64,000 nucleotides of DNA. It comes from a virus. The DNA lies in the IMG/VR virus record IMGVR_UViG_3300026544_000001, positions 60,677 to 124,676 of that record; one strand, written 5' to 3'. Each line of letters starts with the position of its first letter. Position 1 is the stretch's first letter. This document shows positions 48,043 through 59,868 of this stretch, piece after piece. The notes below the pieces were generated by a model. That model did no database searches. It had not been told where the DNA came from and saw only the letters and a list, made by a program, of their open reading frames with translations. The translations under genes and the position numbers were made by a program.

Positions 48043-49722
48043 ATGAGTGCACAATTAGAGGGTATAACTGAATTAAAGATAGATGGTACTGGTTCATTTG
48101 ATAAGTTAATGAGTGCTGTGTATCTACACATAGAACAAGCACTTAACAGTAGTCAAATTACTCAAGAACAAGCTGGTGCTATATACACTAATGTAATACC
48201 TTCTATAGTGCATGAATCTGTAAACTTTGAAATGCAGAAAGATGTACTTAATGAACAATTAGTGCAAGAAAAAGCTAAAACTCAATTATTGTACTCTGAT
48301 CTTGAAGTTAAAGATGCTGAGTTAAAACAATTAGGAATTACTATAGATAATAGTGTAAAAGACGGTAAACTCAAAGACAAGCAGATTGTAGAGGCGGATA
48401 AACAGATTGAACAACTAGAAGCTGCTACTAAGATATCTTTAGATAAATTTGAGTTGGATAGAGATACAACACTTACTGATATTAAACTTAAAGAAAAAGA
48501 TTTAGAACTTAAAGCTAAACAAGTTACTCAAGCGGATAAACAGATTGAACAACTAGTTATTGACACTGAACTTAAGCAAAATAAATTTGAACTAGATAGG
48601 GACATTGCATTAAAAGATGTAGACCTTAAACAAGAAGAAATAGATATGTCTAAAAGTCAATTAGTTATCCAAGAAGCTAAAGAGTCAAGAGATAAATTAA
48701 TGTTCGCTAAAGAATTACTTATTAAAGAAAGTGATGTATCTATTGAAGAAACTAAAGTAGCCAGAGAAAACACCATGGCACTTAGCGATAAGAAGAAATT
48801 AGAATCAGAAGAGATACAGCAAGAAATGCTTAAAGAGCAGTTAGTGGAGTTGCAAGAGAAGAATGGAGTTATAGATTACATACCTATATTCTATAGTAAG
48901 TATATAAACTATAATAAAGAAACTAAATTAGTTGCTCCTACACTAGTAGATGGTACTGATGGCTCAAGCATTAATGATTACACCTATTCTGACAGTATTA
49001 CAGTAGAACCTGTATTTCAAGTATACTTAGATGGGATAAATGAGTGGAACATGCTTACTACAGATATGCCTACTAACATTGATACATTAGCTAGGTATAT
49101 ATCATTTCGTAATGGTGGTAATGCCATACATACTAATGTGTTATTACGTAATAACCCATCTGCACTAGGTGATGTATTTGCTATAAAAGATGATACAGAT
49201 AGCTGGATGATAGTTCCATATATAAATGATGAAACAGCTAAACCTACAGCAATATTAAGTCCTACAGCAAGTACTGCTTTAAAGGACTTAAGATATTTTG
49301 ACCCTAACGATACTAGTACAGTACGAACTATTGGGGATTCAGGTGATGACAATAAAGGGTGGTTAAGTTTGTTAGACGAGTTTGCTGACAACGGTATAGC
49401 CCACATAGTAACATTCATAAGAGATGTCTCTACATGGGAACTAGATAACCCTAATAATAGAGTTATTACTGTATTAAGTGAGAATGGTTATAATGGTACT
49501 GGAGATAATCCAGATAATAAACCTAATAGTTTACAGCATATAACTTACCCATTAACTAAGGATGAAACTAATATTTATAAAACAATAAAATCTACATTTA
49601 CTGAAGATTCTGATTCAATAAATAATAGTTTAATATCATTGCAAAAGCAAGAAGTAATACAGAAAATGGAATTAGCTGATAGGCAGAGTAATGTAGCAGT
49701 ATTACCTACAACATTTAAATAA
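48043..49722 (+). CDS. N4 gp54-like virion protein with long insertion
   Basis: N-terminal T...DGTG.FDKLM.AV..H......IT....A.IY matches the gp54 family. Internal duplicated coiled coil (ADKQIEQL...KFELDRD twice). Confidence 0.7.
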   Translation: MSAQLEGITELKIDGTGSFDKLMSAVYLHIEQALNSSQITQEQAGAIYTNVIPSIVHESVNFEMQKDVLNEQLVQEKAKTQLLYSDLEVKDAELKQLGITIDNSVKDGKLKDKQIVEADKQIEQLEAATKISLDKFELDRDTTLTDIKLKEKDLELKAKQVTQADKQIEQLVIDTELKQNKFELDRDIALKDVDLKQEEIDMSKSQLVIQEAKESRDKLMFAKELLIKESDVSIEETKVARENTMALSDKKKLESEEIQQEMLKEQLVELQEKNGVIDYIPIFYSKYINYNKETKLVAPTLVDGTDGSSINDYTYSDSITVEPVFQVYLDGINEWNMLTTDMPTNIDTLARYISFRNGGNAIHTNVLLRNNPSALGDVFAIKDDTDSWMIVPYINDETAKPTAILSPTASTALKDLRYFDPNDTSTVRTIGDSGDDNKGWLSLLDEFADNGIAHIVTFIRDVSTWELDNPNNRVITVLSENGYNGTGDNPDNKPNSLQHITYPLTKDETNIYKTIKSTFTEDSDSINNSLISLQKQEVIQKMELADRQSNVAVLPTTFK

Positions 49723-49730
49723 GGTTTGAT

Positions 49731-50168
49731 ATGAGTGCAGCACACAAAGATATAATAATAGAAAAAGGTAGTAGTTTTGTTATGAAGATACAAGCTACTA
49801 CATCCGGTACAGGGTTACCGATAGATATAAATGGGTACACCCCTGAAATAGTATTAAAATATATAGATAAGGGTTCTGTTAAATATGTGTATGATGCTAA
49901 TAATAAATCATATGTATCATTTACTACAGTTAACACTAAAGATAACACTATTGTAGATGCTTCTAATGGTAAGTTTATGATAAAGTTAAATAGTACTATC
50001 ACAAATGCCTTAAGTACACTTATCGGTGATGATATAAAGAATAAATTTGCTACTGAGTATAACTATAGTTATGATATACTATTAACTAAATATGATACTT
50101 CTGTAGACCCTGCTACTATAGTTGATAGGATAAAAGTAGTACGCGGTAGATGTGCTGTAAGGTTATAG
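49731..50168 (+). CDS. BppU-like tail/fibre adaptor protein
   Basis: DI.IEKG.SF......G.PIDI.GYT...DA.NG.F...L...T..L...Y.YDI.L...V.RG pattern. Confidence 0.55.
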   Translation: MSAAHKDIIIEKGSSFVMKIQATTSGTGLPIDINGYTPEIVLKYIDKGSVKYVYDANNKSYVSFTTVNTKDNTIVDASNGKFMIKLNSTITNALSTLIGDDIKNKFATEYNYSYDILLTKYDTSVDPATIVDRIKVVRGRCAVRL

Positions 50169-50169
50169 T

Positions 50170-53100
50170 ATGTCTGATATCTATGAATTAACTGAATGTG
50201 TTGCAGCTGACCTTGCTAATGGTGATATAATTGCTCAAAACCCTGAAGAAGAGTTTGTAGCAGAGATAGATACAGATAGTTTTAAAACAGCAAATGGTGA
50301 AGAATATAATCAGATCACTATAGAAGATTCCTATAGACTTGTAGCAGGTGCCGACAATACTACTAAGCATGAGTACAGTATTCCACAAACAACATTAGAA
50401 AGTTTATGGACTAGTGTAGACTCACTTAGACAAAGCATATTAGATAATGTAGCAGGTATGGAAACTGCTATTATAAACACTATAGACTATAGTGTGTCTA
50501 ACTCTGAAGGAATTATAAGACAAGAATTAGATAGACTAAATGCCTTATATATAAGTACAGGTATGAAAGATGAATTTGCACTTACCAGCGAATTAAGTCA
50601 AAATGTTATTGCAAGACAATATGTTATAGATAGATGGACTGGTTTATATGTACAAGATAGAGAAGACTGGGGATCAGATCAAGATGATTTTCTTACTCAA
50701 AGATGGGCATATACTAGCGGTGCTGATGCAGACAATAATGGGTATAGTTTAGCAGAAATTCCTGGTACATTAGGATGGATAAAGACTGATGATCCTAATA
50801 GATACAATGATAATGAAACAGATACTTCTGGTAATTCTATAGTACGAGATATAGTGTATGATGATGAATGCCCTGATGGATATGAGAAATGGTATCATTA
50901 TAATACAGTAATAACTAGTCAGGATATATACGATAAAATAATAAGAGTTGAACATAACCAAGCTAGTTATACTGAAGATCTGAGAGTATTAGTAGATAAA
51001 GATACGGAATTAGTAGAAAAGACTGAACACCTACAAGTACAAAGTGATATAAGTACTATTACACTAGATACAATGGCTGGAGTAATGCTAGGTACACAAG
51101 ACTACTACTTATATAATTATCCTGATGAAGTGGGTAAGGTTAATGATGGAGATGATGATACTATAGGAGTACTTCCAACCACAGGGCAATTAGTATGTTT
51201 TGAAGTAGTAGATGACACTTATACACTAAGAACAGATGTAATGGATATTAAGCCTACTGACATTAGGTATGAATATACGGGTACATTAGATGATTCATTA
51301 AAACCAATGGACGGGTGGCTAGGTTGGCAGATTACTGCTGCTTCAGCGTCTGATACTAATATCAATACAATACAAAGTAAAGTTAATATACTACAACAAC
51401 AACTAGATAAAGAAATAGATAGCTGGTTCCAAGATAATGATCCTTTTCCTGTATATGAAGATGCTACTAACGTTGATGATGACACAAAATTAACTAGTGA
51501 TATAGATGATTCACAAACAGCTCTAAGACAATATTCCCTTGTATTGGTAGATTCTGTTATGTATCAATACTTAGATACTGACGATAGGGATAATGTAGAT
51601 ATGACTGCTGAAGATTATAGTAGTGATAAATATAGAAGATATTATAAGGATCCTGAAATAGAGTGGAGATACTCAGGCACTGATGATACTGACAGTGATG
51701 ATGTACTAAAAAATAGACATACTGGAGATTTGTTCTACAATTCAATCAGTGGTCAAGCTTTTAGATATGTATACAAAGAAGGTGAGTTCTACTGGGAAGC
51801 TATTACTGATACTGCTATCACTAAAGCATTAAGTGCTGCTAATAGTGCACAAGCTACTGCTGATGGTAAGATGGCATTTTTCACAGGCAGTGATGTGCCT
51901 ACCTATGCTGAAAGTGAATATGAGAATGCTGTAGGAGATGTATGGGTACCAACAGATACTATATTTGTAGAGTATGATAATGGAGACTATATACTAAAAG
52001 ATAGTACTTATGTGTTAGCTACTGATGACGAAAAAGCAGATGATGATATACAAAAGTACTATAGATATAGTATTAATACTAAATATGTATTTACGAAAAT
52101 CAACTCAGATTCATATATGTGGCTAATTGATAGTACTGAAAATAATATTGCAGCTATAATTACAGGAGATGTAAGTTTAGCTAATGCTACTATTAACGGA
52201 GTAGACTTACCTAGTTATATGTTAGATCCTGCTAATACAGGTACTACAAATATGATACAAACATTTACTAATAGTGGTATGCCATTTGAAGATGATAATG
52301 ATACAATAAAATCGTTCATTGTAGATAAAGGGGTTGATGTCGGAGATATATTCATAGATGAGAGAGAGGTTACTTCTTCGCTAGGTGGTAGTGTGTCAGT
52401 ACTAACTTCATATAAATACAAAGGACTAATTGATGATGTGTATGTATTTACTGCTATGGCTGATCCTGAAAGCACTAAACAACTGATGGACTTGACTGAT
52501 GGTAAACGAAATATATACAATCAAGCAGTCGAACCTAAAAGTACAGATAGTATACCTCCTATGGCTGGAGATATGTGGTACAAAACTGATACTAATGAAT
52601 TATTTATATATACAGACGATTCTTGGCAAAATACTAATTTAAATACTGCGTTAAAAGAAGAATTAGAAACACAGATAGATAGTAAGGTAGTATTCTATCA
52701 TCAAGATGATGTACCTGAAGATGATCATATAACAGGGCATTACGATGAAAGAGATGCTACTAGTGATAGGCATATATATGATTTATGGACATGTACTAAA
52801 TCTGTTGATAGCTATGAAAAAGGTTCAACTTATAAATATACTTGTATAGGAAATGATGATGATGGTTGGGACTACAGTTGGGAACTTACTGATGATATCT
52901 TATCGGCAATAGCTGAGCAAGTAGCAGAAACTACTGTAGCGTACTACTTAGATCATACACCTACTACAAATGACTTAGCTAGAAATAAGACAGACTTTAT
53001 CAAGGGTGATATGTGGATTCCTACTAAATATATAGATGGTTATAATGAAGGTAAAATATATGTGTATAATGATGGTACTTGGGTAGATGGGTCTATTACA

Positions 53101-54746
53101 TATACAGATGATACAGTAATCGAAGCCATACTAGCTGGTACAAAACCATTAGCCATAAATAATTTGCTACTTGCTCAGTTCGATACTGAAGGCAATGTTA
53201 TTGAAGGTACAGAAGTTACATTCGGTGATGCTGTTAGATTACAGTCAGACAGTGAAATAGATGTGTATAGTGGTAGTCACTTACCTGGTACTGTAGTAGA
53301 TGGTGAGACTTATTTAGAAGTATTTGATACTAGTGATGATGGTTATCCGTATAAAGCATTATTAGATGACAGTGATATATATATATACAGGCATACAGTT
53401 AATAGTATTATAAGTGGAACTACTGAAAGTACATTAGTAGAAGATCCTTATGTATATAGTGAAAGTACTGAACGTTGGTACAAAAGTGCAAACTATTCAT
53501 TAGCAGACTTAGCTGACTATACAGATGATAAAAGAGCAATATACTCATCTGACATTCCTACTAATGCAGCTCTTAGAAGTAGTAGTTTATCTACAATAGG
53601 TAAATTAGCTACAAACGATATACTTATAGTTAAACGAGAAGACATTAAGTACTTACCTTATAGTGATTGTTTTGTTAGTTATGGTAGTGATTACTCTAAA
53701 CAAATAATATCAGCTAATTACATTAATAGGTTGGAAGAAGATATAGATAGCCATGATAGTGATGATATAGTATGGGCATTAAAACCTAGTAATGATAAGT
53801 ATTGTAAAATTAAATACTCTGATGCTATTAGTAATAAGTATAAAGTACTAAAAACTAACAGTAGTTACTATCAGCCTATAGGTAGCAAATTTTCAGAATG
53901 TTATGACGATATAAGCAATTCAGAGAAGTATGCTAAACTATATGATGGACAGATGTTCTACTGGGATTCTGATAACTCCACTACTACTATAGGTGATGTA
54001 GCGTACTTATTAGGTAGATGGGTAGACCAGTCTGAAGCAGAAGCTATTAATAACGATGCTAATGCTTGGGTTGGTGGAGGACATAGTTTCGTTACTGGTC
54101 CTAATAGAGAGATAACAGGTTGGAGCTATAATGACGGTAGTGACATATCTAGTGAATTTGTTATAAGGGCAAATACATTTAAATTACAAAGCAGCGATGG
54201 TAATGATCCTATTACACCATTTAAAGTAGAAGGCAGTAATACTTACTTCAATGGTATAGTTACATTTAGTAATGTTATAGATGAAGATGGTAATGATGTT
54301 ACTACTAAAATAGGTGATGCTGAAAGTAGAGCTATACAAGATGCAGCTGATAAATTAGCTGAGGCAAAAGCAGCTATTGAAGACACTACAGATAGTTTAG
54401 ATAGTAAAATAGATACTAATGTAAATACTTTAGATAGTAAAATAGATACTAATGTAAATAGCTTACAAGATAGTATAGATTCATTAGCTGCGGACAACAC
54501 AACATTCTCTGATATTATTAATAATGATGTTGTATACAAAGCTAATGTTATATCAGATATAAATGATAGCGAGGCTGTTATAGATGGTGGTAGGATATCA
54601 GCCAATCAATTAGTTATAGGAGGAGAGTTAGTTAGTGACCTATCTAATAGGACTCCTGTATCAGATGCTTCAGGGATGTTTATGGATAAAAATGGTATAA
54701 GTATATTCAATAATGGAATTGAAGTAATAAGGTTAGGTAAGTTATA

Positions 54747-54747
<1 letters not shown>
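50170..54747 (+). CDS. Central tail fibre/host-specificity protein (J-like, DUF1983-type C-terminus)
   Basis: 1525 aa. H.GDL.Y...G..FRY...W..ITD..ITKAL..A..AQ.TADGK...F...P...GD.W repeats. C-terminal ITGW......SEF.I.A..F......PF.V...TYFNG. Confidence 0.75.
51559..51616 (+). repeat. 58-bp exact repeat, copy 2 (copy 1 at 14711-14768)
   Basis: Identical to 14711-14768. Confidence 0.95.
54396..54460 (+). repeat. 33-bp-period tandem duplication
   Basis: TTTAGATAGTAAAATAGATACTAATGTAAATA occurs twice and encodes LDSKIDTNVN(T/S) twice. Confidence 0.9.
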
Positions 54748-55160
<413 letters not shown>

Positions 55161-55164
55161 TTGG

Positions 55165-56301
55165 ATGGAAGAACTAGTAATTAAAGATAGTAATAATAAT
55201 GTGATGCTTACATCTGCAGGGTATCAGTTATTTTTTAATCAAAAAATAACTTACTCTTTTGTTACTGAACTTGACAATGATAGCAACGGATATAACTTTA
55301 TTTCAGAAGAGAATAGCCAACCTGTAATGTATACCTACTTTACCTTAATAAGGTACACTCCAAATGCTAATATCTTCCCTTTTATTAAGTTTAATGGTGA
55401 AACTAGGTATGTAACTATTCTTGATATTATCATAACCAACTCTAAACTAATAGATAACCCTTATGCTACCGTACAAATTCAACTACTAGCGCACAAAGCT
55501 TTTACAGAAGACAAAGAACCTACGCTGTATGTATTTACTGATTATAAATCCTTAGTAAATAAGAACGATAATGAGTACGGAATGGAGATAAAAGATTCTG
55601 ATAATAATATAAAATACAGTACGAACTATGTACCTCTTAATATACATGAAACTGTAGATGTTACTATTTCTAATAGGTGCAGGGAAGGGTCTAAAGGTAG
55701 TGGTAAATCTGCTAATTTAAACCCTGATACGGAAAACCAGTTTCCGATAGATACTGATACTTGGCTGAATAAATATATGTATTACTGCCCTATACATTCT
55801 TACGGAGCAGAGGTATATACACATGAAGAAAGTCGTACTACTTGTACAGGACTTGACTACTTTGGCGTGTGTATGGGTACAAAAACAGCCTACGCCTATG
55901 GAGGGTTGTGGTATGCTTATTATAAAGGAGCATTTAAACCTCACCATGGATTTATTAAAACTTCTTATTCTCTTTATACCTACTTACAGACTGAACGTAG
56001 TGCCAGTACTACTTCTTGGTCTGTAGCCGGAATTGAGAAGTTATGGGGAGGAGCACCTTCAGTAGACGCCATGGGTATATCAGGCTCTTTTATAAATACA
56101 ACAGCTAATGTCAATAATGAGTATACGGTACTTATTGCGGATTCCGAAGAGTATGGTGATGACAATAACTTTTTTAGGTTTCCTGATGAATATGTGGTAG
56201 ACCTTCTTCTTACTTTTTTTGCCATGCTATTTAGCTCAAGCCCTGTAGCCAATATCTATAAATATAAGTATGATAATCCAGATGATTATCCTCCTTATTA
56301 A
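55165..56301 (+). CDS. Tail-tip accessory/receptor-binding protein
   Basis: Internal YGMEIKDSDNNIKYSTNY.PL repeat of the N-terminal LVIKDSNNNV motif, as seen in proteins downstream of J-like fibres. Confidence 0.55.
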   Translation: MEELVIKDSNNNVMLTSAGYQLFFNQKITYSFVTELDNDSNGYNFISEENSQPVMYTYFTLIRYTPNANIFPFIKFNGETRYVTILDIIITNSKLIDNPYATVQIQLLAHKAFTEDKEPTLYVFTDYKSLVNKNDNEYGMEIKDSDNNIKYSTNYVPLNIHETVDVTISNRCREGSKGSGKSANLNPDTENQFPIDTDTWLNKYMYYCPIHSYGAEVYTHEESRTTCTGLDYFGVCMGTKTAYAYGGLWYAYYKGAFKPHHGFIKTSYSLYTYLQTERSASTTSWSVAGIEKLWGGAPSVDAMGISGSFINTTANVNNEYTVLIADSEEYGDDNNFFRFPDEYVVDLLLTFFAMLFSSSPVANIYKYKYDNPDDYPPY

Positions 56302-56315
56302 GAGAGGTCATATTA

Positions 56316-56543
56316 ATGTATAAATTAGTTATAAATAAAGTTATAAAGAAAAATAATGGGTCTATGGTTTATACCTATACCTTACATACTAGATACCCTA
56401 AGTTAAATGAGGATATTATAATCAGCACTAAAGACAGTATACACTTAAATACCTCATATCCTTTATCTGCGGATGAGCTACTGCTGAAAGTACTTGAAAG
56501 GACAGGAAAATTAGATGAATATAATAATACCCTCAGATATTAA
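56316..56543 (+). CDS. Hypothetical protein
   Basis: 75 aa ORF with GAGG RBS, first gene of the ACP/KS block. Confidence 0.5.
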   Translation: MYKLVINKVIKKNNGSMVYTYTLHTRYPKLNEDIIISTKDSIHLNTSYPLSADELLLKVLERTGKLDEYNNTLRY

Positions 56544-57189
56544 TAGACTATCTCCTTTATTTCTTATATGGTTATACATAGTATCTAATAGATCTATGAA
56601 CCTACTTGACAGGAAGAAGATAATAGAAAGTATACACAGTAACTCTAAAGTTGTTTTGAGTGTGTATGGAGGGTTACTTCGAATAGCAAGTTCATCATAC
56701 AATCCTAGTTTTGCGAGTGCTGCAGATAAATTACTGCATAATTCATTAAATGTTAAATCTATAAAATCTATAAAATCTACTAACAACTTTACTCATGAGT
56801 ATGATTCGGTATTGTACACAGCACTAACTACTGGGACTGATTTCAGCCTTGCGTCTGTTATCTCAAACTTATACGCTTATAATAAAAAATACTCTGTCAT
56901 TGACAGTGATATACGTTTAGTAATGTATAAAATATACTATACTACTATACTTCATAAGGAAAATAGTATACCTAAATTTATTAAGTTATTGGAAACAGTA
57001 GCTATTCTTTCATTTTGTTCTAAGCCAACATCAGGTATGCTATATGTGGATGAAATATATGAAAATCAAGTAGTAATTGGGATTGTTACGGATAAGCCCA
57101 CAACTGGTCTTACTCCGTTAGGTTTCAAGAAAATAAGTAACAAAGCACTGGTATTAGCAGAACTTAGAAAAAGGCATAATAATGAATGA
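56515..57189 (+). CDS. Hypothetical protein (weak acyltransferase-like C-terminus)
   Basis: Overlaps the ACP gene. The C-terminal LGFKKI weakly recalls the GNAT end motif and is not diagnostic. Confidence 0.35.
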   Translation: MNIIIPSDINRLSPLFLIWLYIVSNRSMNLLDRKKIIESIHSNSKVVLSVYGGLLRIASSSYNPSFASAADKLLHNSLNVKSIKSIKSTNNFTHEYDSVLYTALTTGTDFSLASVISNLYAYNKKYSVIDSDIRLVMYKIYYTTILHKENSIPKFIKLLETVAILSFCSKPTSGMLYVDEIYENQVVIGIVTDKPTTGLTPLGFKKISNKALVLAELRKRHNNE

Positions 57190-57412
57190 AAAATATAAAT
57201 TTATATGTGATATTGTAAATGCAAATGGAGGATGTGTTCATGACGTTAATGAACTTTTAATAAAAACAGGAATTGATAGTTTTGCAGTACTTACTGTACT
57301 ATTAGAAGTAGATGATGAGTTTAGTATATTAAAAGACATTGATTTTGATAAAATAGACTATACAGCGTTGAGTATACATAATATCGCCAATGGAGATATA
57401 AAATGTATATAG
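57182..57412 (+). CDS. Acyl carrier protein
   Basis: 76 aa, acidic. L...GIDSF....V...V.DEF.I carries the phosphopantetheine-attachment Ser motif. Confidence 0.8.
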   Translation: MNEKYKFICDIVNANGGCVHDVNELLIKTGIDSFAVLTVLLEVDDEFSILKDIDFDKIDYTALSIHNIANGDIKCI

Positions 57413-58332
57413 CTGATTATACTTATACCGTAGGTGACTATACTTCTAAAGATAGTATAGTGTTTTCTACAGAGCTCCGAGAAAATAATAAAGGTTATAA
57501 TAATTGTAGTAAATATTTTAAACAGTTTTGTGTTTCAAATACTTTGTTATTAGCTAACAGTAAAACTTATATTTTATACATATCCGGTCCTTCATTATCC
57601 TCTACATTTTCTACCATTACAGACTTAAGTCGATTTACTTTTAAAGATAGTACAACAACCAACTACTTAAATGGGTATACTGGACCTCTTATACGTACTT
57701 TGTCATGTAGTATGTTGCATATGTATGAAAAACAACTTATAACAACTGTACCTACTTGCAAAGTAATTGGTAAAGAAACTATAGACTTTGCATGTGCATC
57801 TGGTGGCTATGCTATAGCTCGAGCTGAAGAATTACTAGATACAAAAAATATCGAACAAGTAATAATAGTAGGAGAAGAGATTATTACATTCAATACATAC
57901 GCATTATTTAAAGAAAACAATATTGATTTACTGCTAGGAGACGGGTTTGCCGCAGCTATACTAAATAATACACCTTCTGATTACCAAATAAGTAATTTTA
58001 TAAAGTACAATTCTTATAATATAAACCCATTTCATGTAGATTGTGAAGGGTATTCTAAAGTATATACTGGAGTGTGTAATTATGTGAAATTGCATGGTAC
58101 AGGAACTAATACCAATACCATAGCAGAGGCCGAAATTATTCAAAATAGTAACATACCTATCTATTATAAATATAAAATAGGTCATACCCAAGGTTTAAGT
58201 GCATTTGTAGAAACATTAATGCTACTTAATGATACCAGTATAAGAAATAATTCAACTATTGAGGTACTTGCTAGTGGTTTTGGGGGATACTATATAGGAT
58301 ATACAGTAAGTAAAAACAAAAAGGATAAATAA
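57403..58332 (+). CDS. Beta-ketoacyl-ACP synthase (FabB/FabF-like, compact)
   Basis: Catalytic Cys in FACASG..AI, GDG.AA.IL, His in HGTGT.TN..AE, Lys/His in KYKIGHTQG and a C-terminal SGFGG loop. 309 aa. Confidence 0.88.
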   Translation: MYIADYTYTVGDYTSKDSIVFSTELRENNKGYNNCSKYFKQFCVSNTLLLANSKTYILYISGPSLSSTFSTITDLSRFTFKDSTTTNYLNGYTGPLIRTLSCSMLHMYEKQLITTVPTCKVIGKETIDFACASGGYAIARAEELLDTKNIEQVIIVGEEIITFNTYALFKENNIDLLLGDGFAAAILNNTPSDYQISNFIKYNSYNINPFHVDCEGYSKVYTGVCNYVKLHGTGTNTNTIAEAEIIQNSNIPIYYKYKIGHTQGLSAFVETLMLLNDTSIRNNSTIEVLASGFGGYYIGYTVSKNKKDK

Positions 58333-58333
58333 A

Positions 58334-59242
58334 ATGAGTGATGAAGTAATAAGTAATTTAGCAATAAAAACATTAGAAGTAGATAGCAGTGAGTTAATTA
58401 TATTAACTAATGATTTAGTTGAAAATAGTATAGGTGAATCAGGTGGTTTTAATGCTGCTAAAAGATTATTGAAAGAAGAGTTAGATAATTTAGATAGTAC
58501 TAAAATGGACGATGTACAAAAAGCAGGGGTATTTGCGGGATTTGTAAAAGATGTATATTTAGATATTAATAAGCAAGCAATGCAAATGGCATTTAATATA
58601 TTAAAGACTAATGAAGAGTTAACATTATCTAAATATAAAACTGAAGTTGATTATGATAAAATGAGAGCTGATATAGCTATGCTACAAGAACAAAAAGAAG
58701 GTATTGTAAAAGATAACCTACTTAAAGAAAAAGAGTTATTAGTATCTGATGAGAAAGTTGCTATAGCCAGATATGATAAACTAGATAAGATAGCTAAGTT
58801 GAAAAAACAAATGGGAGTAGAGCCTACTACATACACAACCAGAACTATTACAAATGGCAGTTACTATTCTATCTATAATGGAGCTAGTTATATTACTGAT
58901 GGTGGAGGTAACTTCTTAGATAGTGATGGAAATGCTACAGAAGATCCAGAGCAATACGTTAGAGTGGTATTTGATTCTGTAGATGTTGTTAGTGATGTTG
59001 TAGGAAATACAAGTACACCTGGTGCAATAGATAAACAAATAGTTGGTTACGATCAAGTTAATAGAAAAGATTTGATTAAAACTGTTAATGAAGTTAGGGG
59101 ACTGCTAGTTAATGCACAAGCTGAACATATTCCTACATGGATGAATACAACAGTTAAAGAGTTAATAAAAACAGTAGCTAAAGATGATGCTAATGTTATA
59201 GCAGCAGTAAATTCTAGTACAGCGGATGATGATTTACAGTAA
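58334..59242 (+). CDS. Second gp54-like virion/tail protein
   Basis: Helical/coiled-coil. The C-terminal G.IDKQI.GYD...R...IK recalls the gp54 C-terminus. Positional evidence. Confidence 0.45.
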   Translation: MSDEVISNLAIKTLEVDSSELIILTNDLVENSIGESGGFNAAKRLLKEELDNLDSTKMDDVQKAGVFAGFVKDVYLDINKQAMQMAFNILKTNEELTLSKYKTEVDYDKMRADIAMLQEQKEGIVKDNLLKEKELLVSDEKVAIARYDKLDKIAKLKKQMGVEPTTYTTRTITNGSYYSIYNGASYITDGGGNFLDSDGNATEDPEQYVRVVFDSVDVVSDVVGNTSTPGAIDKQIVGYDQVNRKDLIKTVNEVRGLLVNAQAEHIPTWMNTTVKELIKTVAKDDANVIAAVNSSTADDDLQ

Positions 59243-59868
59243 TGCGTATATTAGTTAGAGCTACTGATTACAAGTTTAGTAAAACATTCTTCAGAAATGT
59301 GTATGATGGTATTACTAATGATTCTATTAGTAATGGTAGATTATTTCATATGATGAAGTCTGTACACTATGCTAAAGTACCTAAGTCGGTACAACAGAAT
59401 ATAGTAAGTTATACTACATATGTAAATGATGAGGGTAATAGTACTAGCACTCCTGTATATGGGCCTACATTTGAAATATCTGGCGGAGCTGACTTTACGA
59501 ACTATATAAAAACACATATAAATAATAATGAACCTGAATGTAAATGGAGTTTCATTTGTACTATGAGTAAGGAGAGTGGGTTAATTAGTCAAGAAGAGCT
59601 GGATATGTTGATAGACTTTAAGATGAGAAAGATACTAGTTGATAGAGAAGGTAAACGTATAGTAGCTGAGTATAAGAAATTTGGATTATCGGTAGAGCAG
59701 AAAATCAGAAATGATATAAGTCATAGAAAAGTACATCAATATATGTATGATACTTGGTTACGAGATATAGTAGAATTAGTTAAAAATGACTGCAGTAGAA
59801 ATGAGTTCTTAGTTAAATACTATGCTATGGTTAATTGGTTGAAACGTAGGTACAACTATGCTGAGTAG
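59242..59868 (+). CDS. Hypothetical protein (virion module)
   Basis: 208 aa, translationally coupled. Confidence 0.5.
   Translation: MRILVRATDYKFSKTFFRNVYDGITNDSISNGRLFHMMKSVHYAKVPKSVQQNIVSYTTYVNDEGNSTSTPVYGPTFEISGGADFTNYIKTHINNNEPECKWSFICTMSKESGLISQEELDMLIDFKMRKILVDREGKRIVAEYKKFGLSVEQKIRNDISHRKVHQYMYDTWLRDIVELVKNDCSRNEFLVKYYAMVNWLKRRYNYAE

Noticed and set aside
57182-58332. Host chromosomal fatty-acid operon or full PKS cluster marking a prophage boundary
   Set aside because: No fabD/fabG/fabH/fabZ or other host genes are nearby, and the pair is tightly flanked by phage virion genes.
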